From contig JAPXLN010000007.1 in assembly GCA_033809515.1 (NCBI GenBank), positions 9,348 through 73,347 of the forward strand: a DNA stretch of 64,000 nucleotides, written 5' to 3'. Position numbers and translations under genes: made by a program. This document shows, piece by piece, positions 1-10,136 of the stretch (within the stretch, counting starts at the first letter, position 1; each line of letters starts with the position of its first letter). This stretch comes from Bacillota bacterium (GTDB lineage: Bacteria; Bacillota; Sulfobacillia; Fermentithermobacillales; Fermentithermobacillaceae). The notes below the pieces were generated by a model. That model was not told the DNA's origin. It searched no databases and saw only the letters and a program-made list of their open reading frames with translations.

Positions 1-2
1 CT

Positions 3-626
3 TACAATGAACCGACCGTATGGTGGGAATTTGTTGTCGAGACTGCCGAGTTGGCAAGAGAGGCCGGCCTCAAGAACGTCCTGGTGACTAACGGGTATAT
101 TTCCCAGGAAGCTCTCAGGGAGGGTCTTCCCCTTATTGATGCTATGAACATTGACGTCAAATCGTGGGACGAAAGTTTCTATAGGAAGGTGGCAGGGGGG
201 CACCTGGAGCCTGTTCGCAGAACCGTAGAAACAGCCTTTGATCACGCCTGGATCGAAGTGACTTACCTTGTCGTACCCGGGCTAAACGACAGTGAAGAGG
301 AGATCGAGGCCCTGTCTTGCTGGCTGAGGGATATGAGTCCGGCTATCCCCCTTCATCTTTCAAGGTATTTTCCTGCGTTCCGTATGGACCGGCCTCCGAC
401 GCCCTTGGCTACCCTTGAGAGGCTCCGGCTTGTAGCTCGCAGGCATCTTCATTATGTGTACATAGGGAATGCATGGAAGAAGGGCTATGCGGATACTGTC
501 TGTCCTGAGTGTAAGGAGGTGCTTATTCAAAGAGGCGCACTTGAGATCGAGTCGTCCAGTCTTGTTGAGGGCGCCTGCCCCAGGTGTAAGCGGGCCCTGG
601 AGCTTGGGGGCCGGGTATGGGTTTGA
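3..626 (+). CDS. amrS: AmmeMemoRadiSam system radical SAM enzyme (PFL-activase-like), 5'-truncated by the window edge
   Basis: Frame 3 is open from the window start: YNEPTVWWEF...LVTNGY...DAMNIDVK...HLSRYFP, with a C-terminal CPEC...CPRC. This is typical of the family. Confidence 0.85.
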   Translation, partial: YNEPTVWWEFVVETAELAREAGLKNVLVTNGYISQEALREGLPLIDAMNIDVKSWDESFYRKVAGGHLEPVRRTVETAFDHAWIEVTYLVVPGLNDSEEEIEALSCWLRDMSPAIPLHLSRYFPAFRMDRPPTPLATLERLRLVARRHLHYVYIGNAWKKGYADTVCPECKEVLIQRGALEIESSSLVEGACPRCKRALELGGRVWV

Positions 627-686
627 CGGCAAAAGAAGAATTCGAAGAGATTATTGAACCCAGTACCGGGAAGGAGACGTTCACAA

Positions 687-2009
687 ATGGCAAAGACCAG
701 AGTGCTCATAATGGGTGCAGCGGGAAGGGATTTCCACAACTTTAACGTTGTTTACAGGGATAACCCGGCTTTTGAAGTGGTGGCGTTTACCGCTACCCAG
801 ATTCCTGACATAGAAGGCAGGGTGTACCCGCCAAAGCTGGCCGGCTCACTGTACCCTGAGGGAATACCGATATTCGCCGAAGCTGATCTTGTTAACCTCA
901 TAAAGGAGAAGAAAGTGGACCAGGTTATATTCGCCTACAGCGACATTAACTATGTGGACCTGGGCCACAAAGCTTCAACAGTAGTTGCAGCCGGAGCGGA
1001 CTTCGTTCTGCTGGGGTACAATTCAACCATCCTGAAGTCGTCTAAGCCGGTCATTTCTGTCTGCGCTGTTCGCACAGGTGTGGGCAAGAGCCAGACAACA
1101 AGGTCTGTGGCTGAGATCTTGAAGGCAGCGGGCAAGAAAGTGGCGGCAATTCGCCATCCTATGCCATACGGTAACCTTGAAGAACAGATTTGGCAGAGGT
1201 TCGCAGACTACTCAGACCTGGATGCCCACAAATGTACCATCGAAGAGAGAGAAGAGTATGAGCCTCATATTGACAGAGGTATCATTGTCTACGCAGGTGT
1301 GGACTACGGCGAGATATTGAAGCGCGCCGAGAAGGAAGCTGACGTTGTGCTTTGGGACGGCGGGAACAACGACCTTCCGTTCTATCATTCGGATTGCCAC
1401 ATTGTGCTCGTAGATCCTCACAGGCCCGGCCACGAAATGCTTTATCATCCGGGCGAGGCGAATCTGAGGATGGCCGACATAGTCGTCATCAACAAGATAG
1501 ATACAGCTAATCGTGACGACATTGAGGCAGTTAGGGATAATGTAAGAAAAGCGTGTCCAAACGCCATTGTGGTCGACGCGTGTTCGCCTGTTTTCCTCGA
1601 CGAAGGGGCTCAGTTGACAGGCAAGAAAGTGCTGGTAGTTGAAGATGGACCCACCTTGACCCACGGCGAAATGGGTTACGGTGCCGGGGTACTGGCGGCA
1701 AGAAAATGGGGAGCGTCTGAGCTTGTTGATCCGAGACCCTATGCCACAGGGAGCATTGCCAAGACATTTGAGCGCTACCCCCACATAGGACCGGTTCTTC
1801 CGGCCATGGGATACTCTGACAGACAGATCCGGGAACTGGAGGAGACAATCGCCAGGGTTCCTTGCGATATGGTAGTAGTCGGGACTCCTATTGACCTGCG
1901 GCGGGTGCTCAAGATAGAGCAGACCGCCGTCCGGGTGGGGTACGAGCTTCAGGTAATCGGAGAGCCTAGCCTTGAAGAAGCTATAAAGGCTGTAGGCGGC
2001 ATCATATAG
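687..2009 (+). CDS. P-loop enzyme of the cyclic 2,3-diphosphoglycerate synthetase-like family; probable arginine synthetase (ArcE-like)
   Basis: N-terminal MGAAGRDFHNFN, P-loop AVRTGVGKSQT, CTIEEREEYE, WDGGNND and EDGPTLTHG motifs. SD AAGGAG at 671-676 favours ATG 687. Confidence 0.7.
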   Translation: MAKTRVLIMGAAGRDFHNFNVVYRDNPAFEVVAFTATQIPDIEGRVYPPKLAGSLYPEGIPIFAEADLVNLIKEKKVDQVIFAYSDINYVDLGHKASTVVAAGADFVLLGYNSTILKSSKPVISVCAVRTGVGKSQTTRSVAEILKAAGKKVAAIRHPMPYGNLEEQIWQRFADYSDLDAHKCTIEEREEYEPHIDRGIIVYAGVDYGEILKRAEKEADVVLWDGGNNDLPFYHSDCHIVLVDPHRPGHEMLYHPGEANLRMADIVVINKIDTANRDDIEAVRDNVRKACPNAIVVDACSPVFLDEGAQLTGKKVLVVEDGPTLTHGEMGYGAGVLAARKWGASELVDPRPYATGSIAKTFERYPHIGPVLPAMGYSDRQIRELEETIARVPCDMVVVGTPIDLRRVLKIEQTAVRVGYELQVIGEPSLEEAIKAVGGII

Positions 2010-2030
2010 CTCTGCTTAAGGGCACAATCC

Positions 2031-2073
2031 AGGGAAGCGGCTCACCGGAAGGCGGGCCGCTTCGCCCTTCTCT
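2031..2073 (+). terminator. Putative intrinsic terminator
   Basis: Stem GAAGCGGCTC (2034-2043) / GGGCCGCTTC (2054-2063), followed by a pyrimidine-rich tail. Confidence 0.6.
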
Positions 2074-2170
2074 GTGCTCTCTCTGCGAATAGCCCGGCGC
2101 GACCAGCGTAAGACTACTCGATGGCAGGCAGATCAGCCTGCCGAAACAAAAAGAGGGGGCACCTGAACAC

Positions 2171-4159
2171 ATGGACAATGCCCAGACCCTTTACATAGTC
2201 ACTTTCGCGGTCTATTTGATTTTCTTCCTTCTCTTCGCCAGATTCTTTGTCTGGAAGAGTTACAGCGACAAGAAGTATTGGAACAGAAGGCTCTGCCTGC
2301 AAAGCTCAACCCTTAGAGAAACTGCGTCAAGGTTGGGCAAGAACCTTCCCTTCATAAGTATTCTGGTTCCTGCAAGAAACGAATCCTTGGTGATTGAGAA
2401 CACTATCAGCCACCTTTTGTCTCTGAATTATCCGAAGGACTCCTTTGAGGTACTGGTGGTTACAGACGAGAAAGAAACAATTGCCTCACAGCAAGAACGG
2501 GAGGCGATTGCCGGCGTGGCAAGCATAGTTATGGCCGGCCGAGGGGATCTCAGCTGCCTTGAACCGGAGCAAGAGCGAATGGCACGTTCAGTCATAGTAT
2601 CATGCTTATCAGACTTTGCCCTTCGTGAGTATCTTTCCAAAGGCTTTCGCAAGGACTACCTTATCGGTGTGCCTGAACTCTGCTCTCTGCCTGCCCTGGA
2701 GAGACGCCTTGCAGTTAGAGACATATCCCTGGCAATAATAGGTTCCCGGGGGGCGCCGTCTGCAAAGGCGCTCAGGGGCATTGTCAGGAGAACCTGTCCG
2801 TGGTTATCGCCGGTTGACATGGAAAGGGTTTATCCGGCTTGTCTGGCAGTTGCAGTTCCGGTTATTGCAGTCTACGCTAATCTGTGTGAGAATTCGAGCC
2901 CAAGGGTCCTCAGGAAAACCATTGAGCACGTGGCCCTTGCAAATCACGATCTTACCAAGGATATTATCGGTCGCATGACTGGTTTTGTAGCCGGGAAGGT
3001 TGTTTCTTCTGTCCAAGAAGCGCATGTGGCAGGACAACTGGAAAAGGACATCCGCCGAGCTCTTGAGGAGATGTACCCGACTACACAGGAAGTTGTAGAT
3101 TACGCGAGCTCAAGGAGAAGCCAGGACTTGCCGGCTCTTAAGCACATAGTGGTTCCCTTTGACTTTGATGGAAAACTGGGCGGCAAGAGGACCGGAGTGA
3201 GTGTTCAGTCAACTAAGGGGAGGGCTCTCAATTGGGGGCTGAAGTTCCTCGATTCACGGGCGGAAGTATGCGGGTTCTATGACGCGGAAAGCCGTCCTCA
3301 TAGGGATGTTCTCCTGTATGCAGGTTACCGCCGGTTGATGGATCCGGTCAACTCAAGGGTGCTTCAAGGCCCGGTGTTTCAGGTTCGCAACTTCTATCAG
3401 ATGACCCCTTTCTGCAGGATCGCATCGTTGTACCAGGCCATTGCCCATGATTGGTACCTTCCGTGGTTGTTTCAGAGTCTTCCGTTTGTGGGAGGCACCA
3501 ACGTCTTTGTGGAGCGAAACCTTCTCTATGAAGTAGGCGGATGGGATTGCCGGGTTCTTACCGAGGATCTGGAATTCGGCACCCGGGCATACCTGATGCA
3601 AGGGGCCTGGCCTGAGTACTTGCCGTATTCGTCTTCTGAGCAAACACCCCCCAGTTTCGGAGCTTTCTTCCGTCAGCGTCTGCGATGGGGTACAGGACAC
3701 TTGCAGGTCGTGGACAAGGTTGGCTGCTCCAACATTGGAGAGCCGGAGAAGACCCGCTTGCTCAAGCGCAGGTTGATTATTAAGGGGCAGGTGGAGTGGG
3801 TGGGGTATCAGATCGCCACTCTTGTGCCGCCCTGTGCCATGCTGCTGCATTACAATAACTCCATCGACCCTACAGTGATCCCGCCTGCCGGGCGCTGGAT
3901 GCTTAGCGGGTTTTCCGTAGTCTACCTTGGTTTTACTTTGTACGCGTTCCGCCGGTACAGCCCCTACCTTGACAACTCGGCAAGGCCGGAAGGAAAGGGG
4001 GCACGGCTGTTGGTATATCTCGGTCTGCTGATTTTGCCTCTGGCAGCGTTCATATTTCCTTTTCCCTATACTACAGCTCTAGTTTTGAAGATCATGGGCA
4101 AAGAACCGAAGACCTGGGTCAAGACACCAAGGACTGAGGAGACTCGTACGGCAAGTTAG
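2171..4159 (+). CDS. Membrane-bound processive family 2 glycosyltransferase (cellulose-synthase-like) with a large internal insertion
   Basis: N-terminal TM segment; ILVPARNE, TKGRALN, YDAES, TED and QRLRW motifs; C-terminal TM helices. Confidence 0.85.
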   Translation: MDNAQTLYIVTFAVYLIFFLLFARFFVWKSYSDKKYWNRRLCLQSSTLRETASRLGKNLPFISILVPARNESLVIENTISHLLSLNYPKDSFEVLVVTDEKETIASQQEREAIAGVASIVMAGRGDLSCLEPEQERMARSVIVSCLSDFALREYLSKGFRKDYLIGVPELCSLPALERRLAVRDISLAIIGSRGAPSAKALRGIVRRTCPWLSPVDMERVYPACLAVAVPVIAVYANLCENSSPRVLRKTIEHVALANHDLTKDIIGRMTGFVAGKVVSSVQEAHVAGQLEKDIRRALEEMYPTTQEVVDYASSRRSQDLPALKHIVVPFDFDGKLGGKRTGVSVQSTKGRALNWGLKFLDSRAEVCGFYDAESRPHRDVLLYAGYRRLMDPVNSRVLQGPVFQVRNFYQMTPFCRIASLYQAIAHDWYLPWLFQSLPFVGGTNVFVERNLLYEVGGWDCRVLTEDLEFGTRAYLMQGAWPEYLPYSSSEQTPPSFGAFFRQRLRWGTGHLQVVDKVGCSNIGEPEKTRLLKRRLIIKGQVEWVGYQIATLVPPCAMLLHYNNSIDPTVIPPAGRWMLSGFSVVYLGFTLYAFRRYSPYLDNSARPEGKGARLLVYLGLLILPLAAFIFPFPYTTALVLKIMGKEPKTWVKTPRTEETRTAS

Positions 4160-4302
4160 GCCACCGGCTGAGTGCAGTTACGGAACGAGAAGAGACCTGT
4201 CGCAGTTTTGCTGTTACCGCCATTTGGGGATTTCTGGACTTGTCCTGTGCTGTCAGGTAAAATACTTCTGGTTGCATTCGTAGATGGGGAGGCTTGTATT
4301 AG

Positions 4303-4575
4303 GTGAACTGGCAGATAGTCATGTCTACGTTCGTAGCAGTGTTTCTTGCAGAACTTGGAGACAAGACGCAGTTGTCCACCATGATGCTGGCTTCCTCGAA
4401 GAAGGCGCCATGGAGCGTATTTCTGGGGTCTGCCTCAGCTCTTGTTCTCTCTTCGCTTATCGGAGTATTGGTAGGTGATACCCTTTACCGGATTGTCCCT
4501 GCAGGCGTTGTGAAAATCGCGGCCGGGACAGGGTTTGTGGTAATAGGTGCCCTGATACTGTTAGGTCGCCTGTGA
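4303..4575 (+). CDS. TMEM165/GDT1 (UPF0016) family Mn2+/Ca2+ transporter, half-size
   Basis: ELGDKTQL signature and three hydrophobic segments in 90 aa. Confidence 0.9.
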   Translation: MNWQIVMSTFVAVFLAELGDKTQLSTMMLASSKKAPWSVFLGSASALVLSSLIGVLVGDTLYRIVPAGVVKIAAGTGFVVIGALILLGRL

Positions 4576-4594
4576 TATAATGGACTCTGTAAGT

Positions 4595-4671
<77 letters not shown>

Positions 4672-4737
4672 TCTGCATCCAAAGGTCAAACCAATATTGT
4701 CAGCATGTGCAACCCAAAAGCGGCAGTGAAAAACGAG

Positions 4738-4770
4738 CTCGATCTGGCATTATCACTCGATCTGGCATTA
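4738..4770 (+). repeat. Tandem 15-bp direct repeat CTCGATCTGGCATTA x2 (18-bp period)
   Basis: Exact copies at 4738-4752 and 4756-4770, just upstream of the NYN gene SD. Confidence 0.9.
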
Positions 4771-4786
4771 ACGATGGAGGACAAAC

Positions 4787-5413
4787 ATGAAAGCTCAAAT
4801 CGGAATGGTTCATACCCCTACAAGGCTAGCGGTTTTTGTAGACGGGTGGAACTTCAAGTATGCCACTTATGATTCATTCGGCATTAACGTGGATTTTGTG
4901 CGCCTTCTAAACCTTCTTAGCAAAGACAGCATCCTGATACGGGCATATTACTATACCGGCGAGTGGACCACAGACAGCATCGAGCAGTTTGTTAAGCTGT
5001 CGTCGCCGTCTGACCCTGAGGCTGTCAGAGAGGAACTGGACGGCCAGCGAAGACGGTCTCAGTCATTTCTACGCTTTCTGAACCGCAACGGTTACATGGT
5101 CGTTCGTAAGCCGCTAAAGGTCTTTGCCGGCGGGGCCATAAAAGCTGACCTCGACCTGGAACTGGCCATTGACATGCTGTCGCTTGTGGACAGGTGCGAC
5201 AAATATGTTCTGTGTTCAGGCGACGGTGATTTTGTTCCCCTTGTTCGAGCTGTTGCTCAACGGGGCGTAAGGATCCAGGTGTTGTCTACGCAGCACTCTG
5301 ACGCTTACGCCCGCTGTAACTTCAAGGCAGCCGACGAGCTGGTGGACGCAGCCGATGAGTTTCTGGAGCTTTACGACTTGCTTCCGCACATAACCCGGAT
5401 AGGTCAGAAGTAG
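4787..5413 (+). CDS. NYN domain (LabA/DUF88, PIN-like) putative RNase
   Basis: VFVDGWN, KADLDLELAIDML and SGDGDFVPLV acidic motifs; GGAGG SD. Confidence 0.9.
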   Translation: MKAQIGMVHTPTRLAVFVDGWNFKYATYDSFGINVDFVRLLNLLSKDSILIRAYYYTGEWTTDSIEQFVKLSSPSDPEAVREELDGQRRRSQSFLRFLNRNGYMVVRKPLKVFAGGAIKADLDLELAIDMLSLVDRCDKYVLCSGDGDFVPLVRAVAQRGVRIQVLSTQHSDAYARCNFKAADELVDAADEFLELYDLLPHITRIGQK

Positions 5414-5733
5414 GTCTTGGCCCCGGCCAGGTTGCCGCCTAGAATCTGATCGCGCACTATGTCGGACACGTGAACAGGAAAAACAGGCTCTGTGGCTCCG
5501 GATATTATCTCGAACAGTCTGAAACCAAGCTCGGGCCGGAGATAAGTGAGCTCAACACTGCATCCTGTTTTCTTCCGGTCGCCGTTGCCGTCGCCTTCAA
5601 CCAGGGACACGCGGATGAGATGCTCTGAGCCTTGAACTCCCACATGCTCTCGGAGTTCGTATGTAACAGTGAACTCCCTGCCTTCATTTTCGTACTTTCT
5701 GGAGCTTTTTTTGATAAGATTGCTTTCGGCCAT
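5404..5733 (-). CDS. Small hypothetical protein, DUF6514-like
   Basis: C-terminal PVFPVHVSDIVRD resembles this clostridial family; SD GAGAGG precedes ATG 5733. Confidence 0.5.
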   Translation of the reverse strand: MAESNLIKKSSRKYENEGREFTVTYELREHVGVQGSEHLIRVSLVEGDGNGDRKKTGCSVELTYLRPELGFRLFEIISGATEPVFPVHVSDIVRDQILGGNLAGAKTYF

Positions 5734-6046
5734 GCAAAGATCCCTCTCTTTTTGTGACAGTGCAAAAGCACCTTTCTTAGAGGACCCTGTGGATACCCTT
5801 GTGGACAACATGGAATCGTTCGACCGATGACGACAGGATAGGCTTACTGGTAAAGCTCATGTTTCCGGGAGTTTTTAACAGGAGGCAGTTAGATCCTGGT
5901 GTAGGACAGAAACCTGTAGTCGAACCAAGTAGATTAACCATGTAAAAATCCAGGCGGTATTGACTGCCAAAGCGTTTTCATGGAAGACTACCTTATCGGA
6001 GGCGCTCTCTGCAGTCTAGCCTGTAAGGATGAGGACAGAAGGAGGT

Positions 6047-6754
6047 ATGTCCATCGTGAGAAAAGCACGGTTACTCCTGGCTGTTGTATGGGTAGCTATG
6101 GTTTTGGCATTGACCGGTTGTGGGCCGAGGGTTTATAACAACGGAACCTATAAGGGCGTATCCCAAGCCGATGACCATGGGTATGCCATAGCTGAGGTGG
6201 TTGTCGAAAAGGATCGGATCGTATCAGCCAAGCTCACAGAGATAACAGAGCTGGGAGTTCCCAAAGATTACGCTGCTTACCCCTACGCACCTGCCCGGGA
6301 AGCTAACGCGGAGATGTCCAAACGGTTCGCCGGCAGGAAGGATGCCAACGCCGACACCTATGCCGGCGCAACTTCTTCATCAAGCAAGTATAAGGAAGCT
6401 GTGGCGTTCGCCCTTGAAAAGGCCAGGAAATCCCCTGAGATAAAGACTGCGTACTTCGAGGGCACTTTCTTTGGAAAGTCAAAAGAAGGGCCACAGGGGT
6501 ACGGAATAGCCTGGGTTGCCATCAAGGCAGACAAGATTGTGCAAGTCCGTCTCGAGGATGTGACAAGCCAGGGGGAACTGAAAGACTGGCTGACCTATGA
6601 GTATGCAAAGGCCCTCGAGGCCAAGCATGAGATGGAGAAACGCTTCACGGAGAGAAACAGCGCTATGGTTGACGCTTACACCGGTGCAACCCGGAGCTCG
6701 ACCTCATGGATAGAAGCTGTGGCAGATGCCCTTGCCAACGCAAAGATAAGATAA
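6047..6754 (+). CDS. Lipoprotein with two tandem FMN-binding (flavinylation) domains
   Basis: Lipobox LTGC; internal duplication ending in DTYAGATSSS and DAYTGATRSS; GGAGG SD. Confidence 0.85.
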   Translation: MSIVRKARLLLAVVWVAMVLALTGCGPRVYNNGTYKGVSQADDHGYAIAEVVVEKDRIVSAKLTEITELGVPKDYAAYPYAPAREANAEMSKRFAGRKDANADTYAGATSSSSKYKEAVAFALEKARKSPEIKTAYFEGTFFGKSKEGPQGYGIAWVAIKADKIVQVRLEDVTSQGELKDWLTYEYAKALEAKHEMEKRFTERNSAMVDAYTGATRSSTSWIEAVADALANAKIR

Positions 6755-6770
6755 CTTGGGTGTGTTATAA

Positions 6771-7001
<231 letters not shown>

Positions 7002-7109
7002 GAGTGCCGGGCACGCCGGTCTTCAACTCAGAAAACGTCATGTATGCCGTGCCAGGTTAACGGAATAAACGTCCTAGACCTGGCATTTGGCGCTAAGGAG
7101 GAATGAACA

Positions 7110-8114
7110 GTGAGCGAGGCTGACAGAATTCACAGTGAGGCCGTAGTCATCGATGGGCATTGCGATACGCTTCTGAGTGTCACAGGACGCCAGGTTTACC
7201 CGGGTTCGAGAACGCGGGATTTCTTCGTTAGAAACGATACAGGTCATATAGACCTTCCACGGCTGAAGGAAGGCGGTATGACATGCCAGGTTATGGCGGT
7301 TTACATAGAGCCTCAACACAAGCCGGCTCGATCTGCCAAGAGGGCAATGGAGATTCTGGACGGGTTCTATGGCCTGCTTGAGGAGTCCGGCGATTTCAGA
7401 ATCGCCACAACTGCCGCTGACATTGAGAAAGCTAAAGAGGAGGGAGCTGTTTCTGCCCTCTTGAGCATTGAAGGCGGTGAAGCGCTTGAGGGCAGTCTGT
7501 CTCTCTTGAGAGGTTTCTACCGGCTGGGGATACGGGCCATTGGGTTGACCTGGAACCAGCGAAACGATATTGCTGACGGTGTTGGGGAAAAGTCAGCTAA
7601 GTCAGGCCTTACTGACTTTGGGGTGTCCCTGGTCAAGGAAATGGAGCGCCTTGGGATGCTGGTTGACGTATCCCACCTTGCAGACTCAAGTTTCTGGGCA
7701 GTAGATGCTGTTGCTGAGCGTCCTTACATCGCCTCCCATTCTAACGCCAGGGCCCTTTGCCAGAGCCGGAGGAACCTCACGGATGAGCAGCTGGAAGCCC
7801 TGGCCAAAAAAGGCGGTGTAGTGGGCATGAACTTCCTGCCTGGCTTTGTGGACAATGACCCCAATCAGTGTTCTCTGGCGCGTATGTGTGACCACATCGA
7901 TCACATAAGGAGAGTCGCAGGAATTGATCACGTAGGGCTGGGATCCGACTTTGACGGTTACGGGGTAGCTCCTGGGGCGCCTGTAGTCATGAAGGATGTC
8001 AGCGAAATGCCTCTTCTTACGGCAGAGCTTTTATCCAGAGGGTACACGGAAGAGGAAATCAAGAAGGTACTAGGGGGCAACTGGCTCAGGGTCTACAGGG
8101 AGGTCCTGGGTTAA
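7110..8114 (+). CDS. Membrane dipeptidase (peptidase M19)
   Basis: IDGHCD, SIEGG, LTWN, DVSH, SHSN and GSDFDG motifs. Confidence 0.95.
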   Translation: MSEADRIHSEAVVIDGHCDTLLSVTGRQVYPGSRTRDFFVRNDTGHIDLPRLKEGGMTCQVMAVYIEPQHKPARSAKRAMEILDGFYGLLEESGDFRIATTAADIEKAKEEGAVSALLSIEGGEALEGSLSLLRGFYRLGIRAIGLTWNQRNDIADGVGEKSAKSGLTDFGVSLVKEMERLGMLVDVSHLADSSFWAVDAVAERPYIASHSNARALCQSRRNLTDEQLEALAKKGGVVGMNFLPGFVDNDPNQCSLARMCDHIDHIRRVAGIDHVGLGSDFDGYGVAPGAPVVMKDVSEMPLLTAELLSRGYTEEEIKKVLGGNWLRVYREVLG

Positions 8115-8127
8115 TTTCCTTACGCTG

Positions 8128-8168
8128 AAGCATCCCCGGCTGGGCTACCATGACCGGGGGTGCTTTTT
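8128..8168 (+). terminator. Intrinsic terminator
   Basis: Stem AAGCATCCCCGG / CCGGGGGTGCTT followed by a T run. Confidence 0.85.
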
Positions 8169-8229
8169 GCTTCCAGAAAACGCCTTTGCCAAATAGGGGC
8201 CGCAAAGCGATTATTGTTATAAAGCGCGT

Positions 8230-9951
8230 TTGATTGACAGGTTTGGGAAACCGGAAGGCAGGGTTGTCATGTCATTTCCGCCAAGAGCTCTCAGAAGAAA
8301 GCCCGGGCGGTCCCCTGGTTGGGTTCTGCCGGTTCTCGTGTTTGTCCTATCCGGACTCTCTCTGGCTATCTTCTGGCCTTCCTTTCAGGAACTCCCTGTT
8401 CCTCCTGAGTCCCGCCCGTATTTGGTGTACAGAGGAGACAGGCATGACTTTCCGGTTGTTGTGGAAAGGGGCGAAGCCTACGTGCCTTTCTCGTTCATTA
8501 AGGAAGTAATAGACCCGAATGCTTTTTACGACAAAGATGGCGTAGTTGTAGTGACCACCGCGAACCAGGTCGTTAAGATGAAAACAGGCTCTCTCACCGG
8601 GTATGTCAACCGCCATCCTGTTGAACTTAAGTTTCCTGTTGTTTTGGAGGGCAAGGAGCCGTACATACCCGGGAGCACATTGGAGATTCTGTATCCTGTC
8701 TCAGTTTCACTGAAAGAAGAAGCAGGTGTCTTTCGTGTCAGACAGCTGGATGAGGACAGGGTAGTAGCTCCGGTGGTATCCCGGGCTTTTGTTAGAGTGC
8801 GCTCAACTATGCTTTCTGAGAGAGCTGGAAGGGTAGAAGCAGGAGACGAGGTGGAGATATTTGAGACAGCCGGCCGGTGGGCCAGGATTGAGACATGGTC
8901 GGGAGTTGCCGGGTGGCTGCCGGTCTCATGTCTGGGAGAAAAGGAGACCAGAAGGGCAGAGGGAAGACCGTCAGGGGAGTACGTACCTACACCCTTTGAC
9001 GGCAGAAAAGTAGTCTTAGTTTGGGAACAGGTGGAACGGCGAACTCCGGACCCTTCGGGCATAGGGCCCATGGAAGGTCTCAATGTGGTGTCGCCTACCT
9101 GGTTCCGGTTGGGGGAAAAGCCGGGAGAGGTGGAGAACTACGCTGACAGCCGTTACGTGGCCTGGGCTCATTCACAGGGGTATCAAGTATGGGCCTTGTT
9201 CTCAAACTCATTTGAGCTTGAAAGGACTCGGGCAGTTCTCAGGAGTTCAGATTTTCGGGACAAGGTCATTTCTCAGATCTTGATCTACGCAGAAGTCTAC
9301 TCTCTTGACGGAATAAACATTGACTTTGAGAATGTGTACAAAGACGACGCCCCCTATCTTACGCAGTTTGTCAGGGAGCTTACCCCTCTCTTGCACGAAC
9401 AAGGTCTTACAGTATCAATGGACGTGACTGTTAAGTCCCAGAGTCCTACATGGTCTTTGTGCTACGAAAGAAAGCGCCTTTCGGAGGTTCTGGACTACAT
9501 TATGTTGATGGCCTACGATCAGTACGGAGCCACGTCAAAAGTAGCAGGTCCTGTGTCGGCCATTCCCTGGACTGAATGGACTATCGAAAAGACCCTCGAA
9601 GAGGTCCCCAAAGAAAAACTGGTGCTGGGAATCCCATTTTACACCCGGCTCTGGAAGGAAACCAAGGAAGGCGCCAGCGTTACCGTGAGCCAGAAAGCCA
9701 TGGGAATGGAAAGTGCCGAGCAATGGTTTCTTTCAGAGAAAGTCACTCCCGTCCTTCAAACCGAGACAGGTCTTAGGTATGCAGAGAAGACTTCCGGCTC
9801 GGTGACCTATAGGATGTGGCTCGAGGATGAGGACTCAGTAAGGAGAAGGCTTGACCTGGCCAGAGCCTATGACCTTGCAGGTGTTGCCGCCTGGAGGCGC
9901 GGGTTTGAGCGGAAAAGCGTTTGGAACGTCATTAGCGATTACCCCAAATGA
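8230..9951 (+). CDS. Membrane-anchored GH18 (YaaH/YdhD-like) with copper-amine-oxidase-N-like and SH3-like domains
   Basis: N-terminal TM; VSPTWF, LDGINIDFE, MAYDQ, GIPFYTRLW and AAWRRGFE motifs. Confidence 0.88.
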   Translation: MIDRFGKPEGRVVMSFPPRALRRKPGRSPGWVLPVLVFVLSGLSLAIFWPSFQELPVPPESRPYLVYRGDRHDFPVVVERGEAYVPFSFIKEVIDPNAFYDKDGVVVVTTANQVVKMKTGSLTGYVNRHPVELKFPVVLEGKEPYIPGSTLEILYPVSVSLKEEAGVFRVRQLDEDRVVAPVVSRAFVRVRSTMLSERAGRVEAGDEVEIFETAGRWARIETWSGVAGWLPVSCLGEKETRRAEGRPSGEYVPTPFDGRKVVLVWEQVERRTPDPSGIGPMEGLNVVSPTWFRLGEKPGEVENYADSRYVAWAHSQGYQVWALFSNSFELERTRAVLRSSDFRDKVISQILIYAEVYSLDGINIDFENVYKDDAPYLTQFVRELTPLLHEQGLTVSMDVTVKSQSPTWSLCYERKRLSEVLDYIMLMAYDQYGATSKVAGPVSAIPWTEWTIEKTLEEVPKEKLVLGIPFYTRLWKETKEGASVTVSQKAMGMESAEQWFLSEKVTPVLQTETGLRYAEKTSGSVTYRMWLEDEDSVRRRLDLARAYDLAGVAAWRRGFERKSVWNVISDYPK

Positions 9952-10066
9952 TCCCTTGACAGAAGAGGGTTTTTATGGCTCTGCGTAGAACCGCCTCCAA
10001 GGACTATGCTGTGGTTCGGGTCTAATGCCCTCGAGCTAGGCGCACCGTAGTTAGGCTGCAACAGCC

Positions 10067-10094
10067 TCGACAAGTTTGGCAATCATGGTAAAAT
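10067..10094 (+). promoter_or_regulatory. Possible sigma-A promoter of the S-layer gene
   Basis: TCGACA-16-TAAAAT with an extended -10 TG; a strong AAGGAGGTGA SD lies downstream. Confidence 0.45.
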
Positions 10095-10136
10095 TGACTA
10101 AACAGCTTTGATTTTGGCGAAGAAGGAGGTGAAAAT

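Noticed and set aside
4240-4302. yybP-ykoY (Mn2+) riboswitch before the TMEM165/GDT1 gene
   Set aside because: A TGGACT-17-TAAAAT promoter match leaves a leader too short for the aptamer, and the conserved core is absent.
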